Shown here: positions 63,500 to 64,000 of the stretch, piece by piece
Layout of the letters: the number at the start of each line of letters is the position of its first letter
Position numbering within the stretch: the first letter of the stretch is position 1
From: Psammoneis japonica
Taxonomy: Eukaryota
Reading direction: 5' to 3'
Assembly (NCBI GenBank): GCA_008632985.1
Contig: QPGO01000023.1
Span: forward strand, 555,681 to 619,680
Length of the DNA stretch: 64,000 bases
Notes under the pieces: model-generated
Told to the model about the DNA's origin: nothing
The model's database searches: none
The model's input: the letters and a program-made list of their open reading frames with translations, nothing else
Translations under genes and position numbers: made by a program

Positions 63500-64000
63500 C
63501 TCGCAGCTTCTTCCTCAGCTTTGTTTTCTGAAAGAGAAATTACAGGCGCACCGGTTCCGTTTGGGATCTTTTGACCCGGCGACACCGCGGTCGGCATACT
63601 TTGTTGACAGACTTGAGTTGTTTCTTTGTTTGTGTTTTGTAGATCTCTTGCAGAATCTTTTGGAATGCCGTGTCAACACCCGTGGCATCCAACGCTGACG
63701 TTTCAATAAATGCGAGTCCATTCTTTCGTGCAAAGGACCGCCCGTCCCGAACAAAGACGGTGCGTTGATCCGACAAGTCTGTCTTGTTACCAACTAACAT
63801 GATGAGGCATTCCTTTTCCGCATTTTCCTCCACTTCCTTGAGCCACATGGGAACATGATTGAACGAATTCCGTTCCGTAACATCGTACACCAGCAGAGCA
63901 CCAACCGCACCACGATAGTATGACGACGCAATTGACCTATAGCGCTCTTGACCTGCAGTGTCCCAGATTTGCGCCTTTACCATCTTATTATCCTCAATCT
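63500..64000 (-). CDS. RAB11: Rab11-family small GTPase (5' part outside window)
   Basis: KAQIWDTAGQERYRSIASSYYRGAVGALLVYD, LVGNKTDL, FIETSAL. Confidence 0.9.

Overview
Eukaryotic, gene-dense genomic DNA with short GT-AG introns. Gene content and bipartite-type targeting peptides suggest a diatom or related stramenopile. About 25 protein-coding genes are present, including an Mpr1-like GNAT, XPF, CD2BP2, VPS4, TruA, bestrophin, RRP45, a 2OG oxygenase, mL41, two calmodulins, PGM2, Dpy-30, Pol eta and Rab11. Two features stand out. (1) An HMG-CoA synthase whose C-terminus runs in frame into a beta-ketoacyl synthase domain with an intact Cys-His-His triad (6881-10407). (2) Two regions (1-~3900 and ~23330-37290) from which TpA has been almost erased, apparently by TA>TG/CA mutation. 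The first keeps CpG and holds a Tyr-free GcvT pseudogene. The second also lacks CpG, contains ~190-bp satellite arrays with higher-order structure, and is bracketed by an intact piggyBac-type MITE (TTAA TSD) and an intact 2.1-kb foldback element (TA TSD). Several genes between ~8.4 and 13 kb carry single-base frameshifts that look like sequencing or assembly errors. Coordinates and counts were read by eye and some are approximate.
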